A DNA stretch of 64,000 nt from Candidatus Zhuqueibacterota bacterium (GCA_049322915.1 JBMOPW010000034.1:160001-224000); one strand, 5' to 3'. Counted from the stretch's first letter, positions 49,972 to 59,935 are shown. Numbers and translations are program-made. The notes: generated from the sequence alone by a model not told the origin.

Positions 49972-50251
49972 TCCCTCGAAAGTTCAGTGTTAAGCCAGCC
50001 TGTCGTTACCAAAAGCGAATTAACTATGTGAATTCCGGTGTGACAATTCCCTGTTAATTGAATACGTGGAACTGAGAGTTACTTGACATACAACTCAAAC
50101 TTGCCGCGGCCGAAATGGAGAACCCAATCCCCCATTATGAAAATTAGCCCCATCCTTCGGGGCTAAGGTCGTGAATAACAATGTGTACAGCCTGCGCGTT
50201 CCTTGAAGTGGCCTTCTCCTTTTTCCATTCAAGATTTTTTTTGATGAGAGG

Positions 50252-50280
50252 AATATAAATAATTTACACGACGTATACAA
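50252..50280 (-). promoter_or_regulatory. Putative sigma70 promoter of the SSS-DAACS genes
   Basis: TTGTAT-17 nt-TATATT on the minus strand. Confidence 0.5.
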
Positions 50281-50470
50281 GAGTTTTTTTTATAGATGAG
50301 AAGTTTCTCAAATATTTTCAGGTTCGAATCCCGGAATTTTTCCAGAAATGTGACGCTCCTGTAAGTATTACCGTGAGCAATGGCTGAAGAATGCGGCAAC
50401 CGAATAAATATCCCGGACGCGAATCGATGATGCATCGTCCGAAGGGTGCGATCGCGGTTGACATTAAATA

Positions 50471-51025
50471 GTCTGTCCGGAAACTGCTACTATTGACCTC
50501 ACCCCAACCCTGCCCTCATGAGGCTAATCCACACCCATACGTTGGGGGATATTAACCCTACAACGTCATTTAGTAAATATATATGTTGAGTTTTTCATCT
50601 ATCAAAAATACAATATACAACGATAAAAAATCTATGTGACGTAGTAGGGTTAACAAATCAAATGAAACGCAGAGGTCGCGAAGGGCGCAGAGAAAAGACC
50701 CGCTTAGCATTGGCCAGAGTGATTTTAAAATTTTCAATCAAACAATGAAAATCATATTCACCCATAGTAACAGAAGACCAAAATAACCAGGAGAATATCT
50801 GGTTTCATCAGTTTGCAAACAGCTTTTTTTCAGTACCAAAACTCTGCGTACCTCTGCGGTCTCTGCGACCTCTGCGTTTGAAAAGATATGGGCCTAATCA
50901 GGAGAGGGAGAACAGATATTCACCTTTTTGCCCGCAGGGTAGGAAAGGGTTTAGTGGATGAGGTCTGACGGAATGAAGTTTGAAAATATCACCCTCACAG
51001 CTAATCTTTTTATATTCGGACAGAC
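50471..51025. mobile_element. Nested MITE composite, copy B
   Basis: GTCTGTCCGGAA ... TTCGGACAGAC ends. Outer arms are co-oriented with copy A; the interior 50521-~50899 is reverse-complementary to A. Confidence 0.85.
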
Positions 51026-51134
51026 TTCAAATAAACTCATAACGACCATCAATTCATGGTCAATGTATCAGCAAAATAACAGAACTTTTTCCGACGCCTT
51101 CAGTAAAAAACAAGAGTTGTTGGGAGACACGCGC

Positions 51135-52724
51135 ATGGTTTTTCATGGACAAAAAAACATGGATATCACGGAAATCCGCATCGACAGCGGAGAAATCATT
51201 GGGCCGTTTCGTCCGATCTGGCGCTCTTTCGGATACGACGAAATCAACTGGACATACACGCCCCGCGGCAAGCGGCTATTCGACGAAATTTCACGTCTCT
51301 CCCCTGAGCCTTATTTCATCCGATGCCACAACGCTTTCACCAGCGGGAATGGTCTGTCCACACCGTCGGCTGGCTCGTGCAACGTCTATTCCGTGACGGA
51401 ACAGGGCGAGGTAATTTATGATTTCTCTCTGCTGGATCAGGTCGTTGAAACCATCCTGTCGCATCACGCGAAACCGATTGTCGAGTTGGGATTCATGCCG
51501 GATACGCTCTCTTCCGGGCCGGCGCCGAAACCGACCTACAATTACGATCGGTCGAAGCTATGGACTTATCCGCCCCGAAATTACGCCGCATGGCAGCAGC
51601 TTGTCTTCAGCACAGTTCGCCATTTTGTTGAGAAATACGGTGCGAAGGAGATTGAAACCTGGTACTGGGAAGTCTGGAATGAGCCTGACTTTTCAGGATT
51701 CTTCAGGGGAACGGTGAAAGACTATTGCCGGCTTTACGATCATTCCGTTGCCGGCGCTGTAGCGGCGCTGCCGACAATACGCATCGGCGGACCAGCCCTC
51801 GCTGCCAGTTCGGCTTTTTTAGAAAAATTTCTCGCCCATTGCGCGCGCGGCAAAAATGCTGCCTCGCGACAACGCGGCACACGCCTCGACTTCATCTCAT
51901 TTCATGCCAAAGGTAATGGCTGGCCCATCACAGGCGTTCCCTTTGAAATGCCTTCTCTGGCAGCCATCCTCGCTGCTGTGAAGAAATACCGGCAGGTGAT
52001 CGCTAAGTTTCCTCAGTATCAGGCAACAGAATGTCTATTCGATGAATGCGACATGGCCGTGGCGACCAATTATGGGATGTACGATTTTCCCGAACTTGAA
52101 TTCAACAACACCGCTTACTATCCGGCATTTCTCGTGCGCATGGTGAAATATCTTTCTGATTTTATTGAGCGCGAGAACCTGCCCATCTCTTGCTTCACCA
52201 CGTGGGCGTTTTATTTCGAGGGGAAACGGTTCTTCGAAGGGAATCGTTCCCTGGTCACCAATGAGAACATTAAATTGCCAGTGTTCAACGCTTTTCCGCT
52301 TTTAGAGAAATTGGGGCGCACGCGAATCCAGCTTGATGCTGCGGGATTCCCGATCACCGATGGCCTGGCCACGAAGAGCGCGCCCGATCGAATTGAAGTG
52401 GCGCTTTGGAATTTCGATGAGACTCAGGCCAATTCATCCCCTGCCGGAATTCTGTTGCGCGTTGTCCGGCTTCCGCAGCATCTGAAGCGCGCGGCGATTC
52501 GCCGCTATCAGATCGATGCGCAGCACAGCAACGCCTATTCCGCCTGGAAGGAGATGGGATCCCCCCAGTACCCAACGGACAGTGAACTGGCGGCTCTCCG
52601 GAGCCGGCAGAATTTAGAGCTGATTGAAGAAGTGCATTCAGTAGAAGTGCGTCAGGGGAATTTGGAGTATTCGCTGACGCTGCCGGCGTGCAGCGTTTGT
52701 GTCGTGCAGATTGAATGTCAGTGA
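51135..52724 (+). CDS. Glycoside hydrolase family 39 (beta-xylosidase-like)
   Basis: PIVELGFMP, WEVWNEPD acid/base motif, IGGPA and DFISFH. Start placed at ATG 51135 after GGGAG; the longer ORF begins inside the MITE. Confidence 0.88.
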   Translation: MVFHGQKNMDITEIRIDSGEIIGPFRPIWRSFGYDEINWTYTPRGKRLFDEISRLSPEPYFIRCHNAFTSGNGLSTPSAGSCNVYSVTEQGEVIYDFSLLDQVVETILSHHAKPIVELGFMPDTLSSGPAPKPTYNYDRSKLWTYPPRNYAAWQQLVFSTVRHFVEKYGAKEIETWYWEVWNEPDFSGFFRGTVKDYCRLYDHSVAGAVAALPTIRIGGPALAASSAFLEKFLAHCARGKNAASRQRGTRLDFISFHAKGNGWPITGVPFEMPSLAAILAAVKKYRQVIAKFPQYQATECLFDECDMAVATNYGMYDFPELEFNNTAYYPAFLVRMVKYLSDFIERENLPISCFTTWAFYFEGKRFFEGNRSLVTNENIKLPVFNAFPLLEKLGRTRIQLDAAGFPITDGLATKSAPDRIEVALWNFDETQANSSPAGILLRVVRLPQHLKRAAIRRYQIDAQHSNAYSAWKEMGSPQYPTDSELAALRSRQNLELIEEVHSVEVRQGNLEYSLTLPACSVCVVQIECQ

Positions 52725-52764
52725 AGAGAATTGCTTTCAATCCGACTATCGCAGAGCGCGAATT

Positions 52765-53910
52765 TCATTCATCGAGAATCACCGCAAAATTGCTGTCAAT
52801 CCAACCAGTCTTATCCCGGTCGTATTCGATTTTCAACCAGCGAAGCTTCTGCTCCTTGATCTCGAATTTCTGCCCCATGTACAATTCGGTGATTTTTTCA
52901 GTGTGGGTTCCCGGGCCGGACCGCACATTCAGCGTCGAACAGGTGATCTGAACCAGGCGAACCGCACGGAATTTGGTGAAGGGAAATGAGACGCTGATTT
53001 CCGACAGATTTGTCAATTCATGGCTCAACTTGTTGCTCGCAATGGAATAGTTGAATGAGAAGTCCACGTTGTTGAACGCAACATCAAGCCCAGTCCCCAG
53101 AGAGAAACGCCGATCCTGCCAGCCGGCGCGCACTGCCAGCGCATTCAGCAGAATGTATTCCGCGCCAAGGGACAACTCCTGCATGCGCTGTTCGTACCCT
53201 TCCAGAGCCAGCGACACGACCAGCGGCTGGTAAATCTGATAGGCAATGCCAATGCGATTCATTCGCTCGTATTCATCCCTATGATCGGTTTTCCAATGCA
53301 GCGCTGAACCGATGTCGTAGACAACCACTCCCAGTTTCAGGTTTGAGGTCAATTGCGCCAGCAACCCAATATCCAGTCCCACTCCATTGGCGCCGACGCC
53401 GTCCATGGCCTGGTGCAGATATTTCAGATTAATCCCCAGGCTGACCGGCGAGAAAATGCGCCGCGCATAGGTCAACCAGATGGCTTCTTCGACATTGTAA
53501 AAATAATAATCCGGCGTGGCAGAATTGCTCGATCGGGCTTCGATCTGGTCGATGGTGAATCCCTGCCAGCTCAGTCCCAGCCAGTCCCCCTGGCTGACAG
53601 GCATGGAAAACGATACGAAATTATTTTCTCTGCTGAGCGGCATTTGTGAATGCATTCCACCAAAATTGTAGCGGCTCGAAGCGGTGAGACCGGCCGGATT
53701 CCAATGAGTTGCCGAATAGTCGTCGGCAATGCTCACGAACGCTGCGTTGAGCACCGACGCCCGCGCGCCGATGCCGTAATAATTCAGGCTGCTGCGCTTT
53801 TTCTGCGTCTGGCTAAATCCGGATTCGGTCGCGCCAAGACAGGCGACGAGAGATAGGATGATTACTGTACGATGAAGTGCCATAATGATGCGTCGTTGAT
53901 TTTCAATCAT
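52765..53910 (-). CDS. PorV/FadL-like outer-membrane barrel with a C-terminal SH3b domain
   Basis: Signal peptide; GIGARA...AFVSIADD.SA..WNPAGL; amphipathic strands; LNVRSGPG...WLKI...GWI. Confidence 0.8.
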   Translation of the reverse strand: MIENQRRIIMALHRTVIILSLVACLGATESGFSQTQKKRSSLNYYGIGARASVLNAAFVSIADDYSATHWNPAGLTASSRYNFGGMHSQMPLSRENNFVSFSMPVSQGDWLGLSWQGFTIDQIEARSSNSATPDYYFYNVEEAIWLTYARRIFSPVSLGINLKYLHQAMDGVGANGVGLDIGLLAQLTSNLKLGVVVYDIGSALHWKTDHRDEYERMNRIGIAYQIYQPLVVSLALEGYEQRMQELSLGAEYILLNALAVRAGWQDRRFSLGTGLDVAFNNVDFSFNYSIASNKLSHELTNLSEISVSFPFTKFRAVRLVQITCSTLNVRSGPGTHTEKITELYMGQKFEIKEQKLRWLKIEYDRDKTGWIDSNFAVILDE

Positions 53911-53914
53911 TCAA

Positions 53915-54544
53915 TTATTTTAAAACCGCTATTTTGATTATGTGGCGTTCTTCGCCGGTTTCGATGAGGCCGAAATAAATGCCATTAGGCACATCCGCGC
54001 CGGAGTCATTCTTTCCGTCCCAGACACTTTCCGTGTGTTCACCGGCCGATTTCAGGTTTTTCTCAATCAGCGTCCGAACCAGGTTTTCGTTCGCGTCCAT
54101 GATTTTTATTGTGACCGGCAATGGCAATTCCAGATCGTAGCGAATTCGAGTGACCTCAAGGTTCGGATTGAACGGATTGGGAAAATTGTAGCATTGGGAG
54201 ATGAACGAAGAATTTTCTGAAGCCGCCGGCGGTTCAATATAAAACGTGACTTCTTCGGAATAGTGGCTCTCGTTCCCGGCGTGGTCATACGAGGTTGCGG
54301 CGATGTAATAGTGGTATCCGGGCTGCAAATTGCTCACTGTGTAGCTGGTGTCCTGACCGACATTGGCGACAGATTTGTATTTGCGCGACTCGGTGCCCCA
54401 GTAAACTTTGTACCCGGCCAGATCCGATTCATTGTTCGCTTTCCACTGAAGCAAAAGCGATGTGGGAGTCAAAGCGCCTAAAAGAGACACGGCGACACAT
54501 AGTTGCTGCACGACTTTCTTCATAAATTGCCTACGCCCTATCAC
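53915..54544 (-). CDS. Secreted FN3 plus FlgD-Ig (T9SS-CTD-like) protein
   Basis: L.W.AN.ESDLAGYKVYWG...GNES FN3 domain; NFPNPFNP...VRTL...WDGKN..G..VPNGIY. Confidence 0.82.
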   Translation of the reverse strand: MIGRRQFMKKVVQQLCVAVSLLGALTPTSLLLQWKANNESDLAGYKVYWGTESRKYKSVANVGQDTSYTVSNLQPGYHYYIAATSYDHAGNESHYSEEVTFYIEPPAASENSSFISQCYNFPNPFNPNLEVTRIRYDLELPLPVTIKIMDANENLVRTLIEKNLKSAGEHTESVWDGKNDSGADVPNGIYFGLIETGEERHIIKIAVLK

Positions 54545-54606
54545 TGGTCTCGGGTGTTTCTCTCATTTTCATTGATTACTATCATTGGTGAGTTTACAGG
54601 ACGTAT

Positions 54607-54622
54607 AACAAATTTAGTGCCA
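54607..54622 (-). promoter_or_regulatory. Putative sigma54 (-24/-12) promoter
   Basis: TGGCAC-TAAAT-TTGTT upstream of the FN3 gene and beside an NtrC-family gene; one mismatch at -12. Confidence 0.6.
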
Positions 54623-54767
54623 TGAAAATGAAACAGCGGTAAATTCTGTTATTCCTCAAATTGTCAGATTTTTCTACCGTAACATTTTCAGTGAAGGCTG
54701 TGCCGTGATGAAAATATTACGCGCTTTTGTTTCATTCTCGAACAGCAGCTACCATTTTTTACATGGC

Positions 54768-56123
54768 TTAATTCTTGAATTTGGCAAGCTTATTGTGCAA
54801 TGTTTTCAAACTGATCCCCAGCACCCGGGCGGTTCGCGTCTTGTTATTGTTCTGAGATTCCAGGGTTCGGACCAGCAGTTCTTTTTCGGCCTCTTCCCAG
54901 GTGGAACCGACAGGGATGGTAATCACTCTGGTTTCAGAATCGTAATTCAAAATACGCTCCGGTAAAACAGACGCTGAAATTTTATCGCTGGTGCTGAGTA
55001 TGACAGCTCTCTCGATCAGGTTTTTCAGTTCCCGCACATTGCCCGGCCAGGGGTATTGCAGAAGAATCTGGTAGCAGGAGGCAGTGAATCCTTTCACTTT
55101 CTTGTTATTTTTCCGATTGAATAAAGCGAGAAATTCCTCGATGAGCAACGCAATATCTTCAAGTCGGTCGCGCAGCGGCGGCATATCGATTTCGACCACA
55201 GCAAGCCGGTAATACAAATCCTCACGCAACTGCCTGGCATCAAGCGCCTGTTTCAGATTGCGGTTGGTCGCTGCAACCACGCGCACATCGACTTCGATTT
55301 CCTTCTTGCCGCCCAGCCGACGGAATCGACGCTCCTCCAGCGCGCGCAAAATCTTCGCCTGGGTCTCCAATTGCATCTCGCCGATCTCGTCCAGAAACAG
55401 GGTGCCGCGGTGCGCTAATTCGAAGCAGCCCGGCTTTTCTGCGAGGGCGCCGGTGAACGCCCCTCTTTCATGCCCGAATAATTCATTCTCCAGTATCTGT
55501 TCCGGAAATGCGGAGCAATTCACCGCTATGAACGGCTCATGCCTTCGCGCGCTCTTCCGGTGGATCGCGCGTGCTACCAGTTCTTTGCCGGTGCCGCTCT
55601 CGCCGGTGATGATGATATTGGCGGTGGAATCAGCCACCGCGTCGATCATGCGGAATATTTCCAGCATCCGGGGACTCTGCCCGATCATATCCTCATACGA
55701 GGTGAGATGTTTGATTTTCAGTTCGAGGAGGCGATGCGAGACCAGCAATCGATAATGCTCCAGCGCCTTGGGGATGATGGTGCGCAGCCGGTCCGGCTCC
55801 ACCGGCTTGGTCAGATAATCGTACGCGCCCATTTTCATGGCGTCGACGGCAGTGTCGATGCTGCCCTTGCCGGTGATGATAATGACGGCCGTCTCGATGT
55901 TCTTCTTTTTCATCCGCTCCAGAATTTGCAGACCATCCATTCCGGGCATTTTCAAATCCGCCAGCAGCAGCCCGTAATTGCCATCTCCGAGCAGCTTCAA
56001 CGCTTCCAAACCATCGCTTGCAGCGTCAACGGCGAAGCCTTCTTCCTCCAGCAATGCCGACAGGCCAATGCGAATGGATTCCTCGTCATCGGCTATTAAA
56101 ATTTTATCGTGTTTCGTCTCCAT
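54768..56123 (-). CDS. Sigma54-dependent NtrC/AtoC-family response regulator
   Basis: REC domain, GESGTGKE, GAFTGA, LFLDEIGE, WPGNVREL and a Fis-type HTH. Confidence 0.97.
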   Translation of the reverse strand: METKHDKILIADDEESIRIGLSALLEEEGFAVDAASDGLEALKLLGDGNYGLLLADLKMPGMDGLQILERMKKKNIETAVIIITGKGSIDTAVDAMKMGAYDYLTKPVEPDRLRTIIPKALEHYRLLVSHRLLELKIKHLTSYEDMIGQSPRMLEIFRMIDAVADSTANIIITGESGTGKELVARAIHRKSARRHEPFIAVNCSAFPEQILENELFGHERGAFTGALAEKPGCFELAHRGTLFLDEIGEMQLETQAKILRALEERRFRRLGGKKEIEVDVRVVAATNRNLKQALDARQLREDLYYRLAVVEIDMPPLRDRLEDIALLIEEFLALFNRKNNKKVKGFTASCYQILLQYPWPGNVRELKNLIERAVILSTSDKISASVLPERILNYDSETRVITIPVGSTWEEAEKELLVRTLESQNNNKTRTARVLGISLKTLHNKLAKFKN

Positions 56124-56132
56124 GAAAAATCC

Positions 56133-56411
56133 TCAGCTTAACAATGATCGCAGATCTGTCTTTGCTTTTTGCTTATCGCTCATCTTCATGTACTTGAAAT
56201 AGGCGTTAACCAGATCCCGGACGCGCTCAATCTCTTTGGCCACAATCTCCACATGTTTCATGGTCTGATCGTCCATCGACGCTTTTTTGAGTTTCACCTT
56301 CAGCACATCCAGATTGAGCACGGCTGCGTGCACCGGATTCTTTAATTTATGGGCAAATAGGTCCAGACTTTCCAGCAATTCCTTTTCAGTCATTTTGATC
56401 CTTTCAGCCAT
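56133..56411 (-). CDS. Stand-alone HisKA/DHp-like small protein
   Basis: LFAHKLKNPVHAAVLNLDVL...VAKEIERVRDLVNAYF two-helix pattern; no ATPase domain. Confidence 0.65.
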   Translation of the reverse strand: MAERIKMTEKELLESLDLFAHKLKNPVHAAVLNLDVLKVKLKKASMDDQTMKHVEIVAKEIERVRDLVNAYFKYMKMSDKQKAKTDLRSLLS

Positions 56412-59400
56412 TTATCGACTTTCCGGGTCATCTCATCCAGGTTGAACGGTTTGGTGAGATATTCGTTACACCCCGATTTAATCGCCTGTTGTTTATCTTC
56501 CATAATCGTCTTCGCGGTCATGGCGATGATCGGTACATTTTTCAATGCGGGTACAGCGCGGATTTTTCTCGTCGCCTGATAGCCATCCACTCCCGGCATC
56601 ATCATATCCATGAGGATTAAATCCGGTGCCGTCTGGATCGCCTTTTCAACGCCTTCTCCCCCATCCCGCGCAAAGACGACGCGGTAGCCCCTGTCTTCCA
56701 GGATGAATTTCGCCGCGTATTGATTGTCCGGATTATCGTCCACCAGCAGCACGGTCTTCTTTCGCGACGACGGCGACGCTTTCTCATGTCCGCCATTCGC
56801 TCTGGCAGCGCTGCCCTGAGCCGGGAGTCGCGATTCCATTTTTTCAGGGTGTTTCTGCACCGGCAAATCCAGCATCACCTCGGTGCCCTTGCCCTTCTTG
56901 CTCTCCACCGAAATCGCGCCGCCCAATAACTCCCAGATCTGTTTGGAAATGGAAAGACCCAAACCGGTACCACCGGTGTTCTTTTTCTCGGAATGATCGA
57001 TCTGCCGGTACGGTTCAAAAATGCTGTCGACCTCCGGCTGCGTCATGCCGATGCCGGTGTCGGCAATGGTGAAAGCAATGTTCGCGCCGCGTTTTTCGGT
57101 CTTTGCCGTGAAAGTGATCCTGCCTTTTTCTGTGAATTTGACCGCATTGTTCAACACGTTGATGAATACCTGCTGTATTTTATCTTCATCGCTGAACAGG
57201 TACTCCGGCAGGTTTTTATCCAATCGGAGCTCCAATTTAATTTTCTTGCGCTGGCATAACGGGTGAATGGATTCCAGGGTGGATCGAATCATTTTTCGGA
57301 GTGAAAAATAGGTTGGATTAGGTTCCATCCGGCCGGCTTCAATTTTGGAGAGATCGAGTAAATTATTGATCAGCCGAAGCAGATTGTCCCCGTTCTTTTT
57401 GATGATGCGAAGCTGTTTCACCTGCTCTGCATTCAGCTCGCCGGACATTTTGCGCAGCAGAACGCTGGTCAGCGTGAGGATGGAGTTCAGCGGCGTGCGC
57501 AGTTCGTGGGACATGGTCGTGAAAAATTCGGACTGCATTTTATTGGCGCGCTCCAACTCCCGGGAACGCGACTGAATTTCTTCGAACAACTGCCGGTTTT
57601 CAATGGCAACAGCCGCTTTGTGAACGAAAATTTCCAGCAACTGAATCTGCTGCTCGTCCGGGATTTTGGCGCTGAGGGGCTCGAATAGCATGATGAAACC
57701 AAGAATGCGGGATTTAATTTTGATGGGAATGATGAGCACATCCTGATTGCCCCAGTTCTCCCCGGCCGTGGACCCCTTTGTCGCAGAGGCTGTAGACTGC
57801 CTGACCAAATAAGATTGATTCACCCGCATCTCGTCTTTGAGGTGCTGGAAGGGATTATCAAACAGCGCGTTCCATCGGTGCACGAAGGGATTGATCCCGG
57901 CTTTGGCGATGCCGGCGTAGGCGACGGCCTTGCACTCGGTCGTTTTCTCTTCCTTCATGGCGAGAACAACCACCTTCCAGCCGAAGGTCTTCATTGTCTG
58001 GCAGATACTGGATAGCACCGTCGGTTGCTCGACGTCCAGCGTCATCGCTTCGCCGATTTTCAGAATCTTGGAGAGCTGATCGATTCGCGCGCTGAGCTCC
58101 TCGGTGCGGGCAGCGACCAATTGCTCCAGATTCTTCGAGTGCTTCTGCAAATTGGACTGGAGATGCTTGTACTCGGAGATGTCCCGGCCGACACACATGG
58201 CGCCGATATGATTGCCCTGAGCGTCGAACAAATAACGGACATTCCAACTGCACAGTATCTCTTTGCCGTCTTTGGTCGTCAGGCTGGCTTCATAGTCGTG
58301 CAGTTCCACTTTCATGGCGTCGCCGTAGTTCTTTCGGAACTGCTCCAGGTCGCTGAGGAAATTGGGCAATTTGGCCCGCGTCAGTTCGCTGGCTTTGTAA
58401 CCAATCAGTTCCCGCCCGTAGGTGTTGATGAAATTGCAATTGCCTTTTTTATCAATGACCAGGAGGATATCCAGCATGCCGGAAATGAGCGTCTCGTAAT
58501 AGGTCTTGGCATGCGTCAGTTCCTCTGTTTTTTTCTCCAGATCCGCCGACCGTTTATCCACCATTTTCCGAAGCTTCTCCGATTCGTTCCGAAGGTTGCT
58601 TTCAATTTGCTTCCATTCGCCCATTTCGAAAATGGCAATCCGGCTGCCGGTGAATTTCCCGCGCAGATCAAATACCGGCACGCCGCTCATCATCACCGGA
58701 ATGGCGCGGCGACTCTGGTGCACCATGTCAATCTCAAACTTGCTGCCGATGCCGGTCTTCCATTTGTCCAGTTCGAATCTGAATTTCACCATATTTTTCT
58801 GATTGAACAGATCCCGATCGCTCTGTCCAATCAAACGGCCGGTTGCATAGCCCAACATCTCAGCCAGTTTCTGATTGCAGAAAATGATTTTGCCCTGTTC
58901 ATCGAACGTGCAAATCCCCACGTCGACGCGATTCACCAGATTACTGTAATCCTGCAAATTCTGTTCGCTCTGAAAAAGCGATTTCTCCAGCGTTTTGCGC
59001 AGCTTGATTTCCGACTCCATGAACCGGGTGTGCTCCAGAAACGGGATCCACATCAGCGTCACAAATCCGGCCAGGTTAAGAATGATAAAGCTCTGATTCC
59101 AGAAATCGCCGGCGCGAATCTGGAATGCAGAATATCCCAGGGAAGCAATGAAAAGCAGGATGGCCAGAATGAACCAGAAATAAATATCGAACCGGGTTCT
59201 GCGATAAAGCTGAAGGTATTTCACCCCACTCGCCAGGAGCAACAGACCGCAGAGAATCTCAAGGCTGTGCGACAGCGGCAGGCCGCTATGCGCCAGACCG
59301 AGCGACGCATATCGCAACAGGTAGTTGATAAAAAACAGGATGAGAACGCTGACAAATCCAGTCAGGCCCACGACGAGGTAATTTTTTTTTCGGGACGGCT

Positions 59401-59809
59401 GCGGCACAATGACGCCGCTGTTGAATGCTGCTGCGGTGAAAAAAATCAGGAAAAAGGACAGCACTGCTAATTCCTGAAGGAGCGGCGCAAATCGAGCAGT
59501 GGCTTCACCGGCCGGCAACGGAGAGATGAGCAGTTTTGCCACAAGGCCCAACAGGAAGATGGCCACGCCCATGAGCAGGAGCAGATAGTCCCGGCTCACC
59601 AGAAGCAGATGGGTTTTCAGAAAGAAGAAAAAAAGAAAGACCAGAATGATATAATTGAGCGCGTTCAAATTGGCGATAAAACCGGGATCAAAACTGATGG
59701 GAATAGGCTGCATCCATTGCCAGAAAAGCAGCAGTCCCAGAAGCGGTAGCAGGGCGACGAGCGTGACGATTTTAAATTTGCTAATGGTGTAAGGGTAGGG
59801 ATCGTACAT
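56390..59809 (-). CDS. Hybrid sensor histidine kinase (multi-TM, 2 PAS, GAF, HisKA, HATPase, REC)
   Basis: MSHELRTPLNS, NVLNNAVKFT, DTGIGM, GTGLGL and a C-terminal LLVDD...LMDMMMP receiver. Confidence 0.95.
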   Translation of the reverse strand: MYDPYPYTISKFKIVTLVALLPLLGLLLFWQWMQPIPISFDPGFIANLNALNYIILVFLFFFFLKTHLLLVSRDYLLLLMGVAIFLLGLVAKLLISPLPAGEATARFAPLLQELAVLSFFLIFFTAAAFNSGVIVPQPSRKKNYLVVGLTGFVSVLILFFINYLLRYASLGLAHSGLPLSHSLEILCGLLLLASGVKYLQLYRRTRFDIYFWFILAILLFIASLGYSAFQIRAGDFWNQSFIILNLAGFVTLMWIPFLEHTRFMESEIKLRKTLEKSLFQSEQNLQDYSNLVNRVDVGICTFDEQGKIIFCNQKLAEMLGYATGRLIGQSDRDLFNQKNMVKFRFELDKWKTGIGSKFEIDMVHQSRRAIPVMMSGVPVFDLRGKFTGSRIAIFEMGEWKQIESNLRNESEKLRKMVDKRSADLEKKTEELTHAKTYYETLISGMLDILLVIDKKGNCNFINTYGRELIGYKASELTRAKLPNFLSDLEQFRKNYGDAMKVELHDYEASLTTKDGKEILCSWNVRYLFDAQGNHIGAMCVGRDISEYKHLQSNLQKHSKNLEQLVAARTEELSARIDQLSKILKIGEAMTLDVEQPTVLSSICQTMKTFGWKVVVLAMKEEKTTECKAVAYAGIAKAGINPFVHRWNALFDNPFQHLKDEMRVNQSYLVRQSTASATKGSTAGENWGNQDVLIIPIKIKSRILGFIMLFEPLSAKIPDEQQIQLLEIFVHKAAVAIENRQLFEEIQSRSRELERANKMQSEFFTTMSHELRTPLNSILTLTSVLLRKMSGELNAEQVKQLRIIKKNGDNLLRLINNLLDLSKIEAGRMEPNPTYFSLRKMIRSTLESIHPLCQRKKIKLELRLDKNLPEYLFSDEDKIQQVFINVLNNAVKFTEKGRITFTAKTEKRGANIAFTIADTGIGMTQPEVDSIFEPYRQIDHSEKKNTGGTGLGLSISKQIWELLGGAISVESKKGKGTEVMLDLPVQKHPEKMESRLPAQGSAARANGGHEKASPSSRKKTVLLVDDNPDNQYAAKFILEDRGYRVVFARDGGEGVEKAIQTAPDLILMDMMMPGVDGYQATRKIRAVPALKNVPIIAMTAKTIMEDKQQAIKSGCNEYLTKPFNLDEMTRKVDKWLKGSK

Positions 59810-59867
59810 ATTGGGAACGTTAATAGCCCTTATTTTTATAAAAGTTAGCTAATCGTAACACGGCCTT

Positions 59868-59896
59868 AATATAGGTGAAAATAAATTAATTGTCAA
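59868..59896 (-). promoter_or_regulatory. Sigma70-type promoter of the hybrid kinase operon
   Basis: TTGACA-17 nt-TATATT on the minus strand. Confidence 0.75.
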
Positions 59897-59935
59897 TATA
59901 TATTCATGGTTTTTACTGGCGCATGAAAGAAGCGA

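Noticed and set aside
50958..51134. N-terminal extension of the GH39 ORF
   Set aside because: It starts inside the MITE right arm; a better SD-linked ATG is at 51135.
58025..59470. 481-aa plus-strand ORF, and similar long antisense ORFs at 60160-61119 and 11287-12126
   Set aside because: Antisense shadows of well-supported minus-strand genes, with no motifs of their own.
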